A DNA stretch of 64,000 nucleotides, from NCBI RefSeq assembly GCF_030013595.1, contig NZ_CP122768.1; one strand, written 5' to 3'. Shown in pieces: positions 62,168 to 64,000 of the stretch; positions within the stretch are counted from its first letter, which is position 1, and every line of letters starts with the position of its first letter. The translations under genes and the position numbers were made by a program. The notes beneath the pieces were generated by a model. It worked only from the letters and a program-made list of their open reading frames with translations. It did no database searches and was not told where the DNA came from. This DNA comes from Escherichia coli. Lineage in GTDB: Bacteria; Pseudomonadota; Gammaproteobacteria; Enterobacterales; Enterobacteriaceae.

Positions 62168-63520
62168 TCATAACCGAGAGAAATCATTGAAAAGTGCAAG
62201 CCCCATTAACAGCACCAGCAAAATCGAGCCAATGCGATAACAAAAGTCTTGAACCCGCTCGGATACCGGTCCGCCCTTGATCTTTTCGATCGCAAGGAAC
62301 AGCAGATGCCCCCCGTCAAGTACGGGCAACGGAAACAGGTTAATTATCCCTAAGTTCACGCTAATAAGCGCAAGAAACGGCAGGTAATAAACAACCCCGA
62401 GTTCCGCTGTCATCCCAGCCCCCTTGGCGATAGAGATCGGCCCACTGAGGTTGTTCAGTTTCACATCACCGGTGATCAATTTTCCCAGCATACTGACCGT
62501 CAGCTTCATCAACTGCCACGTTTTGTCCGTGGCTTCGACGATGGCGTTGAACGGCCCATACTGGCGTACAACTTTATACTCATCAGGCAAAGGAATGACT
62601 TTCGGCTCAATACCGACAAAACCAATCGCTTTACCATTACCCGGTTTACTCTCCGGGATTAATGTCAAAGACAAGGGACTCCCCTGCCTTTCGATTTCTA
62701 ACGCTAAGGATTTACCCGGGTTATCCCGGACAAGCATCACAAAGGTCACCCACTGCGTTAAGGGCTGACCATCGACTTTAACGATCCTGTCGCCTGCTTG
62801 CAAACCTGCCTTGCTTGCCGCCGAGTTTGGCTGCACATTTTCCAGTACAGGTTCAATTTGCGGCCCACGAGGACGAATCCCCAGCGAAGTTACCGGATCT
62901 TCTTTATCAGGCTCAAACGCCCAGTGACGTAAATCGAGCTTTACATCTTGCCGTTGGTCGCTGCCAAATGGCGCTACCGTAATGGTGGTGCTTTCATCGC
63001 CAATTTTATCGACCAACTGCAAACGCACGGCATCCCAATCAGGCGTTTCGATACCATCTACGGCTTTTAGTTCCGTACCTGGTGCAATTTGTGCTTCCGC
63101 AGCTATCGAATTGGCTGCTATTTCGCCAACCACCGGACGTACGCCAGGCACACCAATAATAAAAACCAGCCAGTAGGCAAAGATAGCAAAAATGAAGTTT
63201 GCAACCGGACCTGCGGCAATAATCGCCGCTCGTTGGCCGACAGATTTATTATTGAAGGCATGGTGGCGGAGTTCCGGAACGACCGGTTCTGCGCGCTCAT
63301 CCAGCATTTTGACATAACCGCCCAACGGGATCAGGGCGATAACATATTCGGTGCCGAGCTTATCAGTTCGCCGCCAGAGCGCCTTACCAAACCCTATAGA
63401 GAAACGCTCAACGCGAACACCACAACGCCGGGCAACCCAGAAATGACCAAATTCATGCACGGTGATAAGTACACCCAGTGCAACGATGAACGAAGCCAAA
63501 TCCCAGAGAAAACTCAGCAT
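62168..63520 (-). CDS. rseP: Site-2 zinc metalloprotease RseP
   Basis: HEFGH zinc motif near the N-terminus and PDZ domains. Start placed at the internal Met (MLSFLWDL...), giving 450 aa. Confidence 0.95.
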   Translation of the reverse strand: MLSFLWDLASFIVALGVLITVHEFGHFWVARRCGVRVERFSIGFGKALWRRTDKLGTEYVIALIPLGGYVKMLDERAEPVVPELRHHAFNNKSVGQRAAIIAAGPVANFIFAIFAYWLVFIIGVPGVRPVVGEIAANSIAAEAQIAPGTELKAVDGIETPDWDAVRLQLVDKIGDESTTITVAPFGSDQRQDVKLDLRHWAFEPDKEDPVTSLGIRPRGPQIEPVLENVQPNSAASKAGLQAGDRIVKVDGQPLTQWVTFVMLVRDNPGKSLALEIERQGSPLSLTLIPESKPGNGKAIGFVGIEPKVIPLPDEYKVVRQYGPFNAIVEATDKTWQLMKLTVSMLGKLITGDVKLNNLSGPISIAKGAGMTAELGVVYYLPFLALISVNLGIINLFPLPVLDGGHLLFLAIEKIKGGPVSERVQDFCYRIGSILLVLLMGLALFNDFSRL

Positions 63521-63531
63521 ATTACCTTCCG

Positions 63532-64000
63532 TTAAAGCGTCCTGAATACCAGTAACAACAAGCAAGCAAAGACCGGTACCGCAGCCGTCAGGCTATCAAT
63601 ACGATCTAAAATACCACCGTGTCCTGGAATTAAATGACCGCTGTCCTTAATTCCTGCTTCACGCTTAAACATACTCTCGGTCAGATCGCCGAGCACTGAG
63701 GCTAACGCTGCGACAATAGAGCAAATGAGTAAGGTGACGGGAGCGACGTCGAGATTCGCCCACATGCCATAACCCCATGAGATTACCGCTGCAGTCGCGA
63801 GTCCACCTATAAAGCCTTGCCAGGTTTTACCCGGAGAAACCTTCGGTGCCAGCTTATGTTTACCAAACAATTTGCCAAACATATATGCGCCAGAGTCAGC
63901 GCCCCATACCAGGATCATGACATAGAGCAGCCATATTGCGCCACTGTAATGATTCTCGTCGTAGTGCCAGGCCCGTAACGCCAGCATGCCCCAGAAGAAG
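63532..64000 (-). CDS. cdsA: CDP-diglyceride synthase, C-terminal part (5' end lies beyond the window)
   Basis: Multi-span membrane protein ending ...LLLLVFRTL; the ORF is open at the window edge. Confidence 0.85.
   Translation of the reverse strand, partial: FFWGMLALRAWHYDENHYSGAIWLLYVMILVWGADSGAYMFGKLFGKHKLAPKVSPGKTWQGFIGGLATAAVISWGYGMWANLDVAPVTLLICSIVAALASVLGDLTESMFKREAGIKDSGHLIPGHGGILDRIDSLTAAVPVFACLLLLVFRTL

Overview
This window reads as an Escherichia coli-type chromosome segment, colinear with the K-12 cdsA-to-lfhA region (my recollection of that map) but in reverse orientation. The core includes rseP, bamA, skp, lpxD, fabZ, lpxA, lpxB, rnhB, dnaE, accA, ldcC, tilS, proS, rcsF, metQIN, gmhB, a complete rrnH-type rRNA operon (16S, tRNA-Ile, tRNA-Ala, 23S, 5S, tRNA-Asp), dkgB through mltD, gloB, rnhA, dnaQ and a second tRNA-Asp (aspV). 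Between aspV (23011-23087) and yafV (ends 8426) lies a roughly 14.6 kb accessory island that K-12 lacks. It carries a degenerate type VI secretion system (T6SS) cluster: tssA-like, tssG, a frameshifted tssF, tssE, tagJ and an FHA gene on the + strand, and clpV, tssB and a truncated tssC on the - strand. No hcp, vgrG or tssJ/K/L/M genes are present. The tssC gene is cut after codon 154 by an IS66-family element that has no target-site duplication. The most interesting candidate is a gene pair wedged between clpV and tssB: a 187-aa protein with an exact SxHxxGxAxD zinc-peptidase (LAS/M15) signature, followed by a 96-aa protein with a signal peptide. I interpret this as a possible, apparently uncharacterised, T6SS peptidoglycan-hydrolase effector and its periplasmic immunity protein. 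Beyond the IS lie an orphan 82-aa ORF and a SymE-like (type I toxin family) gene. All calls rest on reading the sequence and recalled protein families; no database search was run.
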